Source of the DNA: Desulfatiglandales bacterium
GTDB taxonomy: Bacteria; Desulfobacterota; DSM-4660; Desulfatiglandales; HGW-15
Assembly (NCBI GenBank): GCA_963667015.2
Contig: CAXXJJ010000004.1
Location: 3,808,001-3,872,000, forward strand
Length of the DNA stretch: 64,000 nt
Reading direction: 5' to 3'
Shown: in pieces, positions 50,714 through 60,946 of the stretch
How positions within the stretch are numbered: the stretch's first letter is position 1
How the letters are laid out: each line of letters starts with the position of its first letter
Notes under the pieces: model-generated
The model's input: only the letters and a program-made list of their open reading frames with translations
Databases searched by the model: none
Told to the model about the DNA's origin: nothing
Translations under genes and position numbers: made by a program

Positions 50714-52444
50714 TTAAACCTCCATCACCCTGTCAAGCTCCTCTCCGGGGATATCAAATACGGTGTCATGGGGAGGCAGCTTCTCTTCCAGGAAAAATTC
50801 CGGCAAACGATCATGGACCGATGTAAAGCCCGCGCCTGTATTAAAATCCTTTTCCATTTTAAGGATCTTTCGTCCCAGGGCGAAGATATCGTCTCCTGTG
50901 ATTGACCATCCATATTTTGCATTTACCATATCCACAACAGCCTCAAAGGCATCGGGTATGTCCAGGGCGGCAAACGCCACGAAAAGACAAAGACCCGCCG
51001 CATCCACCGCCGCTGTAACTGCCTGCAGGGCCTTTGATGTCTCCACCTGGCCTTCAGGTTTCAGAGGATCAACATTTCCTCCGACCTTGAGGATATTCTG
51101 GCAAACCGCATATCCTGCAGTATGATCGGCTCCCATTGTTGATGTTGCATATGTGACGCCCTGGCCCTTGACGGCCCTTGGGTCATATGCCGGCATTGCC
51201 TGTCCCTTTACTACAGGCACCCTTCTTACACCAAAGACCTTGCCTGTTACAGCCGCCCCTGATCCAAGTATCCTGCCCAGGGGGCTTCCCTTTCCTATCT
51301 CGGCAAGCAGTTCCTCTGCCCCTGCAGCATCACCGAATGACTTTACTCCTCCGTCCATGGCCACGGCCACGGCATTTCCTGTTTCTATTGTATCAAGACC
51401 GATATCATCGCACCCGTAATCAAGCCTGGCAATGGCATCAAGATCATCTATGCCGCAGTTCGGGCCCCATGCCCAGACTGTCTCATACTCGGGCCATTTG
51501 GAGACAAACTCACCCTCCTTATTATTATAGGTACCCGAACATCTTATGACACACCCTGACATGCACCCTACCGAGACCTCACCTTTTCTTTCCTGGGTAA
51601 GTTTGTTGAGGGTTTCCCCGGACACATTCTCTGCCTGTTCAAATCGGCCTGAACTGAAATTCCGGACAGGAAGCCCCCCTGCCTCGTTGATGATATTTAC
51701 CAGGATATCGGTGCCGTAGGATGGCAATCCCTGACCCGATACAGGATGATCCATAAGGGCCTTTGCAAAACGTTTTGAGGCATCCTTGAATTTTTCCGTG
51801 TCTTTGACAGGGGCAGCCGCACCACCGGTTGGATCTATTATTATGGCCTTAAGTCCTTTTGAACCCATAACCGCTCCGAGCCCTCCGCGGCCTGCATGCC
51901 TTGATGGCCTGAGTTCCCTGTCGGTGAGTGCAACGCTTGACCCTGCAAGCTTCCATTCCCCTGCCTGGCCTATACTGACATATCCTGCCTTGTCTCCGAA
52001 CTCCTTTACAAGGGCATCCACGGTATCATAGTTACCGAGACCCTTAAGATTATCGGCCGGGGACAATTCCGCCTTGTCTCTTCCGATAAACAGCTTGTAG
52101 AGCCTTCCGTCCTCTATGATTCCTTCAATGATTATTGCCGAGATATCCAGCCTGGCCATATAACCGCCTGCCTGGCCTCCGGAGTTTGCCTCCTTGATTC
52201 CGCCAGTTAAGGGGCTTTTCCCTCCCACCGAGATCCTGCCGGAGTTTGCGCAGTTGGTTCCGGATAAAAGTCCCGGCGCAAAAACCAGCTTGTTATGCGG
52301 CCCTATGGCATTGCAAGCAGGCTCAACCTCCGAGGAAATAACCGCCGAGGTGAGCCCTCTGCCTCCCATACCTGTATAGGCCTCGGGAAGCTCTTCATTC
52401 TTCACAGTAAGATCAGACATATTAACCCTGATAATTTTAGGCAT
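50714..52444 (-). CDS. aor: Aldehyde:ferredoxin oxidoreductase
   Basis: KSPLTGGIKEAN, GRGGLGAVMGSK, CMSGCVIRC, PEYET, DTIETG. Confidence 0.9.
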   Translation of the reverse strand: MPKIIRVNMSDLTVKNEELPEAYTGMGGRGLTSAVISSEVEPACNAIGPHNKLVFAPGLLSGTNCANSGRISVGGKSPLTGGIKEANSGGQAGGYMARLDISAIIIEGIIEDGRLYKLFIGRDKAELSPADNLKGLGNYDTVDALVKEFGDKAGYVSIGQAGEWKLAGSSVALTDRELRPSRHAGRGGLGAVMGSKGLKAIIIDPTGGAAAPVKDTEKFKDASKRFAKALMDHPVSGQGLPSYGTDILVNIINEAGGLPVRNFSSGRFEQAENVSGETLNKLTQERKGEVSVGCMSGCVIRCSGTYNNKEGEFVSKWPEYETVWAWGPNCGIDDLDAIARLDYGCDDIGLDTIETGNAVAVAMDGGVKSFGDAAGAEELLAEIGKGSPLGRILGSGAAVTGKVFGVRRVPVVKGQAMPAYDPRAVKGQGVTYATSTMGADHTAGYAVCQNILKVGGNVDPLKPEGQVETSKALQAVTAAVDAAGLCLFVAFAALDIPDAFEAVVDMVNAKYGWSITGDDIFALGRKILKMEKDFNTGAGFTSVHDRLPEFFLEEKLPPHDTVFDIPGEELDRVMEV

Positions 52445-52720
52445 ATATTCCTCCTTTGCATTTATTTCCGGTTTACTACGCCTGCAGCGCAGACGGCTGA
52501 TTAATAAGTCTCCATATAGGGATTATACTACGCCTGACGACACGCATACAAGTTAAATTATCAATAATATTAAATAGTTATGTCGACATTGATATAATAA
52601 AAACTATTCGGAACATTGACACGAAACAAACTATCCGGGATAATATCTTAATTTATGTAGCGATTTCCTGCAGGTTTAATCCAGCAGAAGATGTTAATAC
52701 CGAAGGAAAAGGACGCAGCA

Positions 52721-52954
52721 TTGAAAATATTTTTAAGTTCAATTTTAAGAAAGCATATACCCGATTATGACCCGAACAAAGGCCATGATGCAGAAATTCA
52801 ACAGGGTACAACTGTCTCAGAACTGTGCGGGAAGATTAATGTCCCGGTTGAACAGGTGACGATCGTTATGGTGGATGGTAAGATACAGGGTCATGATTAT
52901 ATTTTGAATGGAACTGAACGAATCTACCTCTTTCCTTCCATAGGAGGGGGCTGA
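52721..52954 (+). CDS. MoaD/ThiS family protein
   Basis: Ubiquitin-like size; C-terminal FPSIGGG. Confidence 0.8.
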   Translation: MKIFLSSILRKHIPDYDPNKGHDAEIQQGTTVSELCGKINVPVEQVTIVMVDGKIQGHDYILNGTERIYLFPSIGGG

Positions 52955-52955
52955 T

Positions 52956-53261
52956 ATGAATGAAGCCACAGCAGGTATGCCGGTTGAGATCCGTGTATTT
53001 GGCGCCCTAAGGAAACATCTGGATCGCCAGAACCTTCCGTATCTTATCAAAAAGCAGATATCTCCCGATATATGCACTCCGATGACCATAGCCGAAGAGC
53101 TGGTACTTCCTCAAGATGAGATTGAGGCGGTCTTTGTAAACGGCAAAATAGCTGACAGGGACACAGTATTGTCTCCAGGTGACAGGATAGCCTTTTTACC
53201 ATATGGCACCCCGGGCCCTTACAGGGTGTTCCTGGGGATTGTCAATAGTGAACATACTTAA
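52956..53261 (+). CDS. MoaD/ThiS-like protein lacking the terminal GG
   Basis: AVFVNG..LSPGDRIAFLPYGTPGPYR. Confidence 0.7.
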   Translation: MNEATAGMPVEIRVFGALRKHLDRQNLPYLIKKQISPDICTPMTIAEELVLPQDEIEAVFVNGKIADRDTVLSPGDRIAFLPYGTPGPYRVFLGIVNSEHT

Positions 53262-53348
53262 CAGGTTCAATCAGTCATAACAAAAAAGGCCGGCATACTA
53301 AAAAATATGCCGGCCTTTGATATTATTTATATCTATATCTGAAATCTG

Positions 53349-54317
53349 TTAGCCCCCGGCCTTTTCTTCAAGCTCATCAAGCTTATCAGGGTCGGAAACG
53401 GCTATATCAACCAGAACCTTGGGGATCTTACTCTGTTCGCACATTATTCGGATATCCTTTTCCTGGTCTGAAAAATAAAGAATCTCTCGGATACCCTCAA
53501 TATATTCAAGCATCTGGTCAGGTTCGATCTGATCCAGCGAAGGTCCTGCTGCCTCTGCCGCCTTTTGGGCTGCAGCATCTTCTTCAAGGCGTTTCTTTTC
53601 TGCCAGCTCTTCTTCCATTGCCTTTTTAACACGGTCAATGGCAGCCGAATCAAAACCGCCGATTTCAATTATGAGCTCATTAGCTACATTGTTATTGAGC
53701 AGATATTTGATTTTTTCATCATCTGACTTGCCTGCAACCTTACCGATAAGATCCTTTACCCTGGCCTTTTCTGCAGCTTCCGCATCTACCTTTGCCTTGA
53801 CACCCTTATACTCGTCTTCTGAAATACCCAATAATTCGACGATCTTAGCAGGTTCAAATTCCTTAGCTATAAGATAGCGGATACCTTCTTCTCCGCCAAG
53901 CTCCTTGGCCTTTGCAACAATCAGATCTGTTTTTCTATCTGTAATCATTTTTTCAAAATCAGGCCTGTTTTCAGAAGCCAGGGCTGAAGGCCAGTCATTA
54001 CCCAGATCAGCCGCAATCTTCATGGCATCAAAGTATGTATCTGTAATATTATCCAGGGTCAGTGCAGAAATCGATTTATCAAGATCCTGCATAAACGGCC
54101 TGCCCACTTTGAAGCGTGCCTTTAATGCAGCCTTAAGCCGCAGCCAGTTACCACCGCTTTTTGACACGTTATACCCTGATTCATCAAGGGCTGCAGCTAT
54201 TTCTTTAGCCGTGCTGAGGCTGTTGCTTTCGGAAAAATCATCATCATTATACCCTGTGATCTGCTTTTCGATGAGCATCCATAAAGGTTCCAATCCTTCT
54301 TTTCGATTTTCTGCCAT
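53349..54317 (-). CDS. Hypothetical helical protein
   Basis: Long ORF followed by a terminator hairpin at 53283-53318. Confidence 0.75.
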   Translation of the reverse strand: MAENRKEGLEPLWMLIEKQITGYNDDDFSESNSLSTAKEIAAALDESGYNVSKSGGNWLRLKAALKARFKVGRPFMQDLDKSISALTLDNITDTYFDAMKIAADLGNDWPSALASENRPDFEKMITDRKTDLIVAKAKELGGEEGIRYLIAKEFEPAKIVELLGISEDEYKGVKAKVDAEAAEKARVKDLIGKVAGKSDDEKIKYLLNNNVANELIIEIGGFDSAAIDRVKKAMEEELAEKKRLEEDAAAQKAAEAAGPSLDQIEPDQMLEYIEGIREILYFSDQEKDIRIMCEQSKIPKVLVDIAVSDPDKLDELEEKAGG

Positions 54318-54519
54318 ATCTATTCCTTCCAAATTTGATTTAGTTGAAAACGATCCTCTTTTTCAAAAGTGAAACTATAGGTAAATTTATCTTCATCGTC
54401 AAGTGGCAATAGCAGGGCCTTCATATAAAATTTATGATATTTTTCAACACATTAAAAAATAAAAAGATAAAAAGGTAAAAATCCAACAATTAGTATTTAA
54501 TCGGATGCCGCATACACAA

Positions 54520-54955
54520 AATATGGAAGATTTTTAAAAAACCTGAAGGTCGATTCAGAATATTTGACTTTCATAGCCGGTTTTCACAGGTGTTTTAAAC
54601 ATCTATAACATTGACATTACTGGATTAATGCACTAAGAAGTTTTAACAAAATATACGTTTGCTGGTACGTCAGGATGATTGATCTTATTCGGGAAGTATC
54701 AGATGTCCCCAACAACACATATTACCAGCGGATTGAGTAATATTTCCGTCGGCCTGCCTGAAGGAAAATATATTAACCAGGCATTTCCTGTACAGGCAAT
54801 GAACGAATGAACGTCGGAATGGACAGCGCTATAATGAGCCCGGGAAAAAGATGCACCTGGACTCCTTTATGCGGCTGAGGTATTACTTAAGAAGGAAAAT
54901 TTTGTCTGGAATATATAGGCGCTTAAAGGGATGAATTGTTCAGCGTCAAGAAAAA
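54520..54955 (+). pseudogene. Decayed paralogue of the methyl-THF:corrinoid methyltransferase at 58121
   Basis: Frame-broken fragments MIDLIREVSDVP, THITSGLSNISVGLP, MNVGMDSAIMSP, LLYAAEVLL match the intact gene in order. Confidence 0.72.
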
Positions 54956-54986
54956 AATATAAATAAAAATAAAAGGGAGGCAGTAA

Positions 54987-55619
54987 ATGTCTAAATTAGA
55001 TGAAGTAAAAGAATTAACCGAAAAAGGTAAACAGAAACTTATAACTGAAGCTGTTCAGGGCGCTCTTGATGAAGGCGCCGCTCCTACAGCAGTTCTCGAC
55101 ACCATGATAGATGCAATGGCTGTCGTTGGCGATAAATTTAAAAGATCAGAAATATTTGTTCCCGAAATGCTGATGGCCGCACACACAATGAAAAAGGGCG
55201 TTGAGGTATTACAGCCTCTTCTTGCCGGAGGAGCATCAACCTCTCTTGGAACATGTGTAATCGGCACCGTTGCCGGTGACCTTCATGATATAGGCAAGAA
55301 CCTCGTATCTCTTATGATCGAATCTGCCGGTTTTACAATGGTCGACCTTGGCGTTGATGTATCTACAGACAAGTTTATCGAAGCAATCAACTCTACCCCG
55401 GAATGCAAGATTGTAGCTCTGTCCTGTCTTCTCACAACAACAATGCCCGCTCTTTCGGATTCAGTAAAGGGCCTTATTGATGCAGGGATGAAAGATAAGG
55501 TTAAAATTATAATCGGTGGCGCACCTATTACCCAGGATTATGCCAGCGAAATCGGTGCTGACGGTTATGCTGAAGATGCAGCCTCGGCAGCCGAACTTGC
55601 AAAAAGCATTATTGCTTAA
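54987..55619 (+). CDS. Corrinoid (B12-binding) protein, copy 1
   Basis: EIFVPEML, GDLHDIGKNLV, LSCLLTTTM, IGGAP. Confidence 0.93.
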   Translation: MSKLDEVKELTEKGKQKLITEAVQGALDEGAAPTAVLDTMIDAMAVVGDKFKRSEIFVPEMLMAAHTMKKGVEVLQPLLAGGASTSLGTCVIGTVAGDLHDIGKNLVSLMIESAGFTMVDLGVDVSTDKFIEAINSTPECKIVALSCLLTTTMPALSDSVKGLIDAGMKDKVKIIIGGAPITQDYASEIGADGYAEDAASAAELAKSIIA

Positions 55620-55712
55620 TCATTATCAGTCAGGTTAAAATTCCTGGCCCCGCTAAAAAGCGGGGTCTGGAATTCTGTCATTCCTTATTTTATTTCTTTC
55701 AATTTAGAGTAA

Positions 55713-57731
55713 TTATCCGGTCTTGCGCTTAGCAAGCAGCAGGTCAGGTCTTCCTTTAAGTCCGGCCGATATAGTCCGTTTTACAAAAACCGGCTTGCCG
55801 TCCGCCCTTACAGGTGTTTTATCTGTTGTTTCAAATGTGATTTTCCTGCTGCTTGTCCCTGCTTCAACGGCCAGTTTATGAATCATATCCGTCAGTGTTT
55901 CTCTCGCAAAACGATCTGCTTCATCAAAATCTTTAAAGTGGCGGGAACCTGAAACCCCCTCAATAATAAAACCGCTGTAATGGCCGGGCACTATCCCCAG
56001 CTGTCGGCGTATAAAAACATGGCTGGTAACAGCACCAATGGCATTGGCAACATCAGCATTCTCGGGAATAACGGCCTTTGTTTTAAGCGGCATTACTGCC
56101 TTTGGAAGAAAATATTTTATGGGTGCGCCAATACCGATCACCGGGTGTTTCAGATTGATTGCGACTTCATAATTCGGATGCTGGCCGTCTAAAAGATGGT
56201 GAATCAGGGTTCTGCATGCCTGGCAGTCATCAAACCTGTCTGACTCCACATCATCAAGCCTGTGTTTAAGCAGTTCCATGGAAAGCTGTCTGGCACCCAT
56301 ATCCATGAGAATATCAGCCATCTCAAAGAGAGGTATTCCGCTTAAGGTCGAATAGAATCCCGCATATCGTTCTGCGGTTTCGGTATCCCATTTTCTAAAC
56401 CTGCCGCTGATATGGAGAAGATCTGTGAATGTGAGGCCGCATCTCTGTATAGTAAAATTTTCCTCGAGACGATCCAGAGGTAAAGTCCATTCCGAAAGCA
56501 CCTCGGTTGACTGAACCAGTTCGCCTATGGAATATGGTCTTTTCTCCAGTAGTGATATAATTTGCTCTTCAACCGGCGTAGGTCTTAAAGCTTTGATATC
56601 TCCGGTTTTGGCAAGTATCTGCATACAGAGGGTGGAGTGCCCGTATGGCTCAAGGCTGTCGCCTAAAAAATCAAGGGCAGTATTCACTCCTGAATAATAT
56701 TGCCCGAGCCATGCTATTGGCGCAACCCGTTTGGGACCGATAAAAAATTTTCTGTTTTTATACAGAATAAAACTGTCACCGCCAAGACCGGATGTTCTGA
56801 TATCCAGGGCCTTTACATGGGTTCTGTGCCCGCCGACCTTTGATCCATGCTCATTAATACTGACCATTCCATGTGACAGGGCCGCGGTATCGGTTGTTGT
56901 GCCGCCCACATCCACAACCATTGCATCATCAATGCCTGTTAAATGTTTTGCGCCTGCTACACTGGCCGCGGGTCCCGAGAGGATTGTTTCAACAGGTCGG
57001 TTTTTAGCCATTTCAGCGCTCATGAGGGTTCCGTCCCCTTTAACCACAACGACCGGTGCATCAATGCCGTATCCGCTCATCACCTTTTCAAGATCCAGCA
57101 GCAGGCTGGTAAGTCTGGGGATAATTCTTGCATTGAGCATGGCAGTTGTTGCCCTGGTCCGAAAATCGAGGGTATCGGATAATTCATGGCCACAGGACAC
57201 AAAAAACCCTGTTGATTCCATTATTATTTTTTTTACCTGCAGTTCATGTTCAGGATTAATCGAACCTGCATAGCCCGATACTGCAAAGGCTGTAACATGA
57301 TGTTTTTTAATCATTTTATCAATTTCGGACTTAATTTGCTCCGGATTGACAGGAGCGATCTCATTTCCTGAAATTTCCAGCTGCCCCATTACAATTGCTT
57401 TGGGCTGGTAAGGGATATCACCTGTTACATCAAACCCATAGGGCGGCATAAGTATCAAACCGACCTTCTGCCCTTCATTTTCAACTATGGCATTTGTAGC
57501 AAGAGTTGTTGACAGTGAAACCAGCTCAACCTTTTTAAGACAGTTCTGATCCAGTTCATCAAGCGCCCTGCTGATACCTATGGTAAAATTCCATCTGGTG
57601 GTAAGCGCCTTTGCCTTATATAGTGTAACGTTTTTTTCCAGGTCATAGATCACCGCATCTGTGTATGTTCCACCCGCATCAATACCTAAACCGGTTTTTA
57701 TATATTCCTCAGCTGAGTTCTTTTTTGTCAA
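55713..57731 (-). CDS. Hydantoinase/oxoprolinase family protein
   Basis: GIDAGGTYTD, STTLATNA, SGPAAS, DVGGTTTD. Confidence 0.87.
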   Translation of the reverse strand: MTKKNSAEEYIKTGLGIDAGGTYTDAVIYDLEKNVTLYKAKALTTRWNFTIGISRALDELDQNCLKKVELVSLSTTLATNAIVENEGQKVGLILMPPYGFDVTGDIPYQPKAIVMGQLEISGNEIAPVNPEQIKSEIDKMIKKHHVTAFAVSGYAGSINPEHELQVKKIIMESTGFFVSCGHELSDTLDFRTRATTAMLNARIIPRLTSLLLDLEKVMSGYGIDAPVVVVKGDGTLMSAEMAKNRPVETILSGPAASVAGAKHLTGIDDAMVVDVGGTTTDTAALSHGMVSINEHGSKVGGHRTHVKALDIRTSGLGGDSFILYKNRKFFIGPKRVAPIAWLGQYYSGVNTALDFLGDSLEPYGHSTLCMQILAKTGDIKALRPTPVEEQIISLLEKRPYSIGELVQSTEVLSEWTLPLDRLEENFTIQRCGLTFTDLLHISGRFRKWDTETAERYAGFYSTLSGIPLFEMADILMDMGARQLSMELLKHRLDDVESDRFDDCQACRTLIHHLLDGQHPNYEVAINLKHPVIGIGAPIKYFLPKAVMPLKTKAVIPENADVANAIGAVTSHVFIRRQLGIVPGHYSGFIIEGVSGSRHFKDFDEADRFARETLTDMIHKLAVEAGTSSRKITFETTDKTPVRADGKPVFVKRTISAGLKGRPDLLLAKRKTG

Positions 57732-58120
57732 TTTTACATCTTCTTTCTTAAAATTATGAAACCTTCTATAATCCGATTAGTTTTGTATTTTTAAATTTTT
57801 ATAAAGTCAACAAACCTTATATGATTATAGAAGCCTGTGATAATTAAATGTTATATTTCAGGTGTTACCCGGATTTTGCAGCAGAGATTATTCCGGAATT
57901 TAAAAAACCTTAGAAAAACGCGACGTTGGAAGGATTTTGGTTTGACATCCTTCATCAGAATTTCTATACTGCAATGCTTACAAAAGTAGGAACAGGAAGC
58001 CTTTAAAGGCCTCTTGAAAGGCTAATGATTTCCAGGAACAGGTTCATAAAATCATTAGTCGCATGTTTAATTTTTAATGTTTTATGATTGTTTAATTTAA
58101 AAGAAAACGGAGAAATAACA

Positions 58121-58930
58121 ATGATTATTATTGCAGAAAAAATAAACGGATCCATTCCTTCTGTAGCCAAGGCCATAGAAGCGAAGGACGCTGATTTTAT
58201 TAAGAATCTGGCAAAGGTTCAATCAGAGGTAAATTCTGATTTTATTGATGTGTGTGCTTCAGTTGAACCGGATGTTGAATTTGAAACCCTGAAATGGATG
58301 ATAGAACTGGTTCAGGAAGTTACTGATACTCCTATAGCTGTAGACAGCCCAAATGCCAAACTTTGTGCCGACATGATACAGTTTTGTAAAAAACCAGGCC
58401 TGATCAATTCAGTATCAATGGAAGGAACCAAGGTAGAAGATGTCTTTCCTGTTATTGCAGATACTGACTGGCAGGTAGCTGCTCTGCTGTGTGACGATGA
58501 AAATGGAATTCCAAAGACCGCTGAAATTCGCCTCAAAATTCTCGAAGACCTCATGGCAAAGGCAAAGGAATACAATATTGATCCTTCCCGCATACACATC
58601 GACCCTCTGGTTGAAATGCTTTGCACATCAGAAGATGGCATAAACATGCTTGTTGAAGTAATTAAAGAGATCAAAAAACGCTATCCCACCATTCATGTGA
58701 CCGGTGCAGCAAGCAATATTTCATTTAATCTGCCTGCCCGAAAGATGGTGAACATGGCATTTGTTGTTCTGGCAATGAACGCTGGCATGGACAGCGTAAT
58801 CCTTGATCCACTGAACAGGGATATGAGAGGCCTGATTTACGCTACCGAAGCCCTGCTGGGCGAGGATATGATGTGTATGGAATTTATAGGCGCCTTCAGA
58901 GAAGGTCTGTTTGGTGTTCAGAAAAAATAA
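58121..58930 (+). CDS. Methyltetrahydrofolate:corrinoid methyltransferase (pterin-binding, AcsE/MT2-like)
   Basis: IIIAEKING, IAVDS, LINSVS, IDPLV, SNISFNLP. Confidence 0.9.
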   Translation: MIIIAEKINGSIPSVAKAIEAKDADFIKNLAKVQSEVNSDFIDVCASVEPDVEFETLKWMIELVQEVTDTPIAVDSPNAKLCADMIQFCKKPGLINSVSMEGTKVEDVFPVIADTDWQVAALLCDDENGIPKTAEIRLKILEDLMAKAKEYNIDPSRIHIDPLVEMLCTSEDGINMLVEVIKEIKKRYPTIHVTGAASNISFNLPARKMVNMAFVVLAMNAGMDSVILDPLNRDMRGLIYATEALLGEDMMCMEFIGAFREGLFGVQKK

Positions 58931-59006
58931 ACTCATTTACAAACGAAACGGTGTCAAAACTTAAGAACCGGCACCGTTTATTTCTATACTAAAAGGGAGA
59001 CAGTAA

Positions 59007-59639
59007 ATGTCAAAAATAGACGAAGTAAAAGAATTAACCGAAAAGGGAAAACAGAAACTCATAGCTGAAGCTGTTCAGGGTGCTCTTGATGAAGGCGCCG
59101 CTCCTACAGCAGTTCTCGACACCATGATAGATGCAATGGCTGTCGTTGGCGATAAATTTAAAAGATCAGAAATATTTGTTCCCGAAATGCTGATGGCCGC
59201 ACATACCATGAAAAAGGGCGTTGAGGTATTACAGCCTCTTCTTGCCGGAGGAGCATCAACCTCTCTTGGAACATGTGTAATCGGGACCGTTGCCGGTGAC
59301 CTTCATGATATAGGCAAGAACCTCGTATCTCTTATGATCGAATCTGCCGGTTTTACAATGGTCGACCTTGGCGTTGATGTATCTACAGACAAGTTTATCG
59401 AAGCAATCAACTCTACCCCGGAATGCAAGATTGTAGCTCTGTCCTGTCTTCTCACAACAACAATGCCCGCTCTTTCGGACTCAGTAAAAGGCCTTATTGA
59501 TGCAGGGATGAAAGATAAGGTTAAAATTATAATCGGTGGCGCACCTATTACCCAGGATTATGCCAGCGAAATCGGTGCTGACGGTTATGCTGAAGATGCA
59601 GCTTCTGCAGCCGAGCTTGCAAAAAGCATTATTGCTTAA
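59007..59639 (+). CDS. Corrinoid (B12-binding) protein, copy 2
   Basis: Differs from copy 1 at only 2 residues. Confidence 0.93.
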   Translation: MSKIDEVKELTEKGKQKLIAEAVQGALDEGAAPTAVLDTMIDAMAVVGDKFKRSEIFVPEMLMAAHTMKKGVEVLQPLLAGGASTSLGTCVIGTVAGDLHDIGKNLVSLMIESAGFTMVDLGVDVSTDKFIEAINSTPECKIVALSCLLTTTMPALSDSVKGLIDAGMKDKVKIIIGGAPITQDYASEIGADGYAEDAASAAELAKSIIA

Positions 59640-59753
59640 TCATAATTATACCAAAAAAGCAGTCCCGCTTTTTTACGCGGGACTGTTTTCCTCACAAACC
59701 TGATTTATCCACCTTTTTCCCAGTAGAATCCTGACAAATGAAGGAGATTATAC

Positions 59754-60794
59754 ATGGGTAAAATTCCCTTTTCCGAAGATGAACTGAAAATAGTTGGAGA
59801 ATACCCGGGGCCTTTTCCCGGAATGCCGCCACTTAGCAGATACAACACGCCCATAACCCCCGCTGAAAATTATGAGCTGGTAATCAGGGGTGAAAGACCT
59901 TTATGGCTTCCCGGCATGAGTGATATAAATATGGTTATGGGAAAGTTTCTACCCGATAACGAGGCCCGAATGAAGGGCGGAAAAGATTTTTTCGGCCTTG
60001 AATGGGTCTATGTTCCTGTTGCCACAGGGGCCACACGTAAGCCAGGTGCTCCATATATCACGGACATGAATACCTGGAAGGAAAAAATAACATTCCCTGA
60101 CCTGGGCACCTACCAGTGGGAAGAACTGAAAGACTCCATAAAACCCGATGATGACCGCGTACCCTTTGTAACCATCCTTAACGGTATATTTGAGCGTCTT
60201 ATTTCATTTATGGATTTTGATGGTGCAGCAATGGCATTAATTGATGAGGACCAGGAAGATGCAATTCTGGAATTCTTTGACGCGCAGGCAGATTTTTACT
60301 GCAGACTTGTTGATAAGTATGTTGAACACGGAAATCCGAGAATCATCTCCTTTCATGATGACTGGGGCTCCCAGAGGGCACCGTTCTTCTCTCCAGCTAC
60401 AGTAAGAAAAATGATTCTCCCTTCTCTTAAGAAGGTCCTTTCCCATATTCGCAGCAAAGGTGTGTTTGTAGATATGCACTCCTGTGGAAAAAATGAGATG
60501 CTTGCATCAATCTATGTTGAGGCAGGCGTTCAGTCATGGACCCCGCAGCCCATGAACGACCTGAAAATGCTCTATGAAAATTATGGAGACAAGCTGCTCC
60601 TTGGGGTCACACCGCCGGATATAGATCCGGAGGCATCAGAGGAAGAACTGTATGCAGGTCTCAGGGAATTTATAGATTATTACTGTCAGCCGGGAAAACC
60701 GCCCGTCTCAATATTTGTCTCAATGCAGAAAAAAACTCATCCCAGGCTGAGTGAAGCCATATATAAGTTAAGCAGAATCGCGCTGAGCCGATAA
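59754..60794 (+). CDS. UroD-fold substrate:corrinoid methyltransferase (MT1-like)
   Basis: KDFFGLEW, GIFERL, FHDDWGSQ, MHSCGK. Confidence 0.82.
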   Translation: MGKIPFSEDELKIVGEYPGPFPGMPPLSRYNTPITPAENYELVIRGERPLWLPGMSDINMVMGKFLPDNEARMKGGKDFFGLEWVYVPVATGATRKPGAPYITDMNTWKEKITFPDLGTYQWEELKDSIKPDDDRVPFVTILNGIFERLISFMDFDGAAMALIDEDQEDAILEFFDAQADFYCRLVDKYVEHGNPRIISFHDDWGSQRAPFFSPATVRKMILPSLKKVLSHIRSKGVFVDMHSCGKNEMLASIYVEAGVQSWTPQPMNDLKMLYENYGDKLLLGVTPPDIDPEASEEELYAGLREFIDYYCQPGKPPVSIFVSMQKKTHPRLSEAIYKLSRIALSR

Positions 60795-60801
60795 TTATTA
60801 A

Positions 60802-60925
60802 TCTCTCGCCCGTTCCCTTCGGTCACTAGAGCTCACAGAGAACGCAGAGAAGAAAATATAAAAATGTTTTTTAAAAACTAATCGTTTTTGTTTTTCTCTG
60901 TGATCTCTGCGGGCTCTGCGAGAGA
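60802..60925. repeat. MITE-like palindromic element, copy 2
   Basis: TCTCTCGC...GCGAGAGA ends; arms related to 37943-38066. Confidence 0.65.
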
Positions 60926-60946
60926 CATGTTTTTTAGCTTTTGCAG

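Noticed and set aside
54600..54986. Cobalamin riboswitch upstream of the corrinoid gene
   Set aside because: No B12-box is recognisable; the region is better explained as a decayed methyltransferase gene.
54987..60794. Pyrrolysine (UAG) recoding in the methyltransferase cluster
   Set aside because: All these ORFs are uninterrupted and none resembles MttB, MtbB or MtmB.
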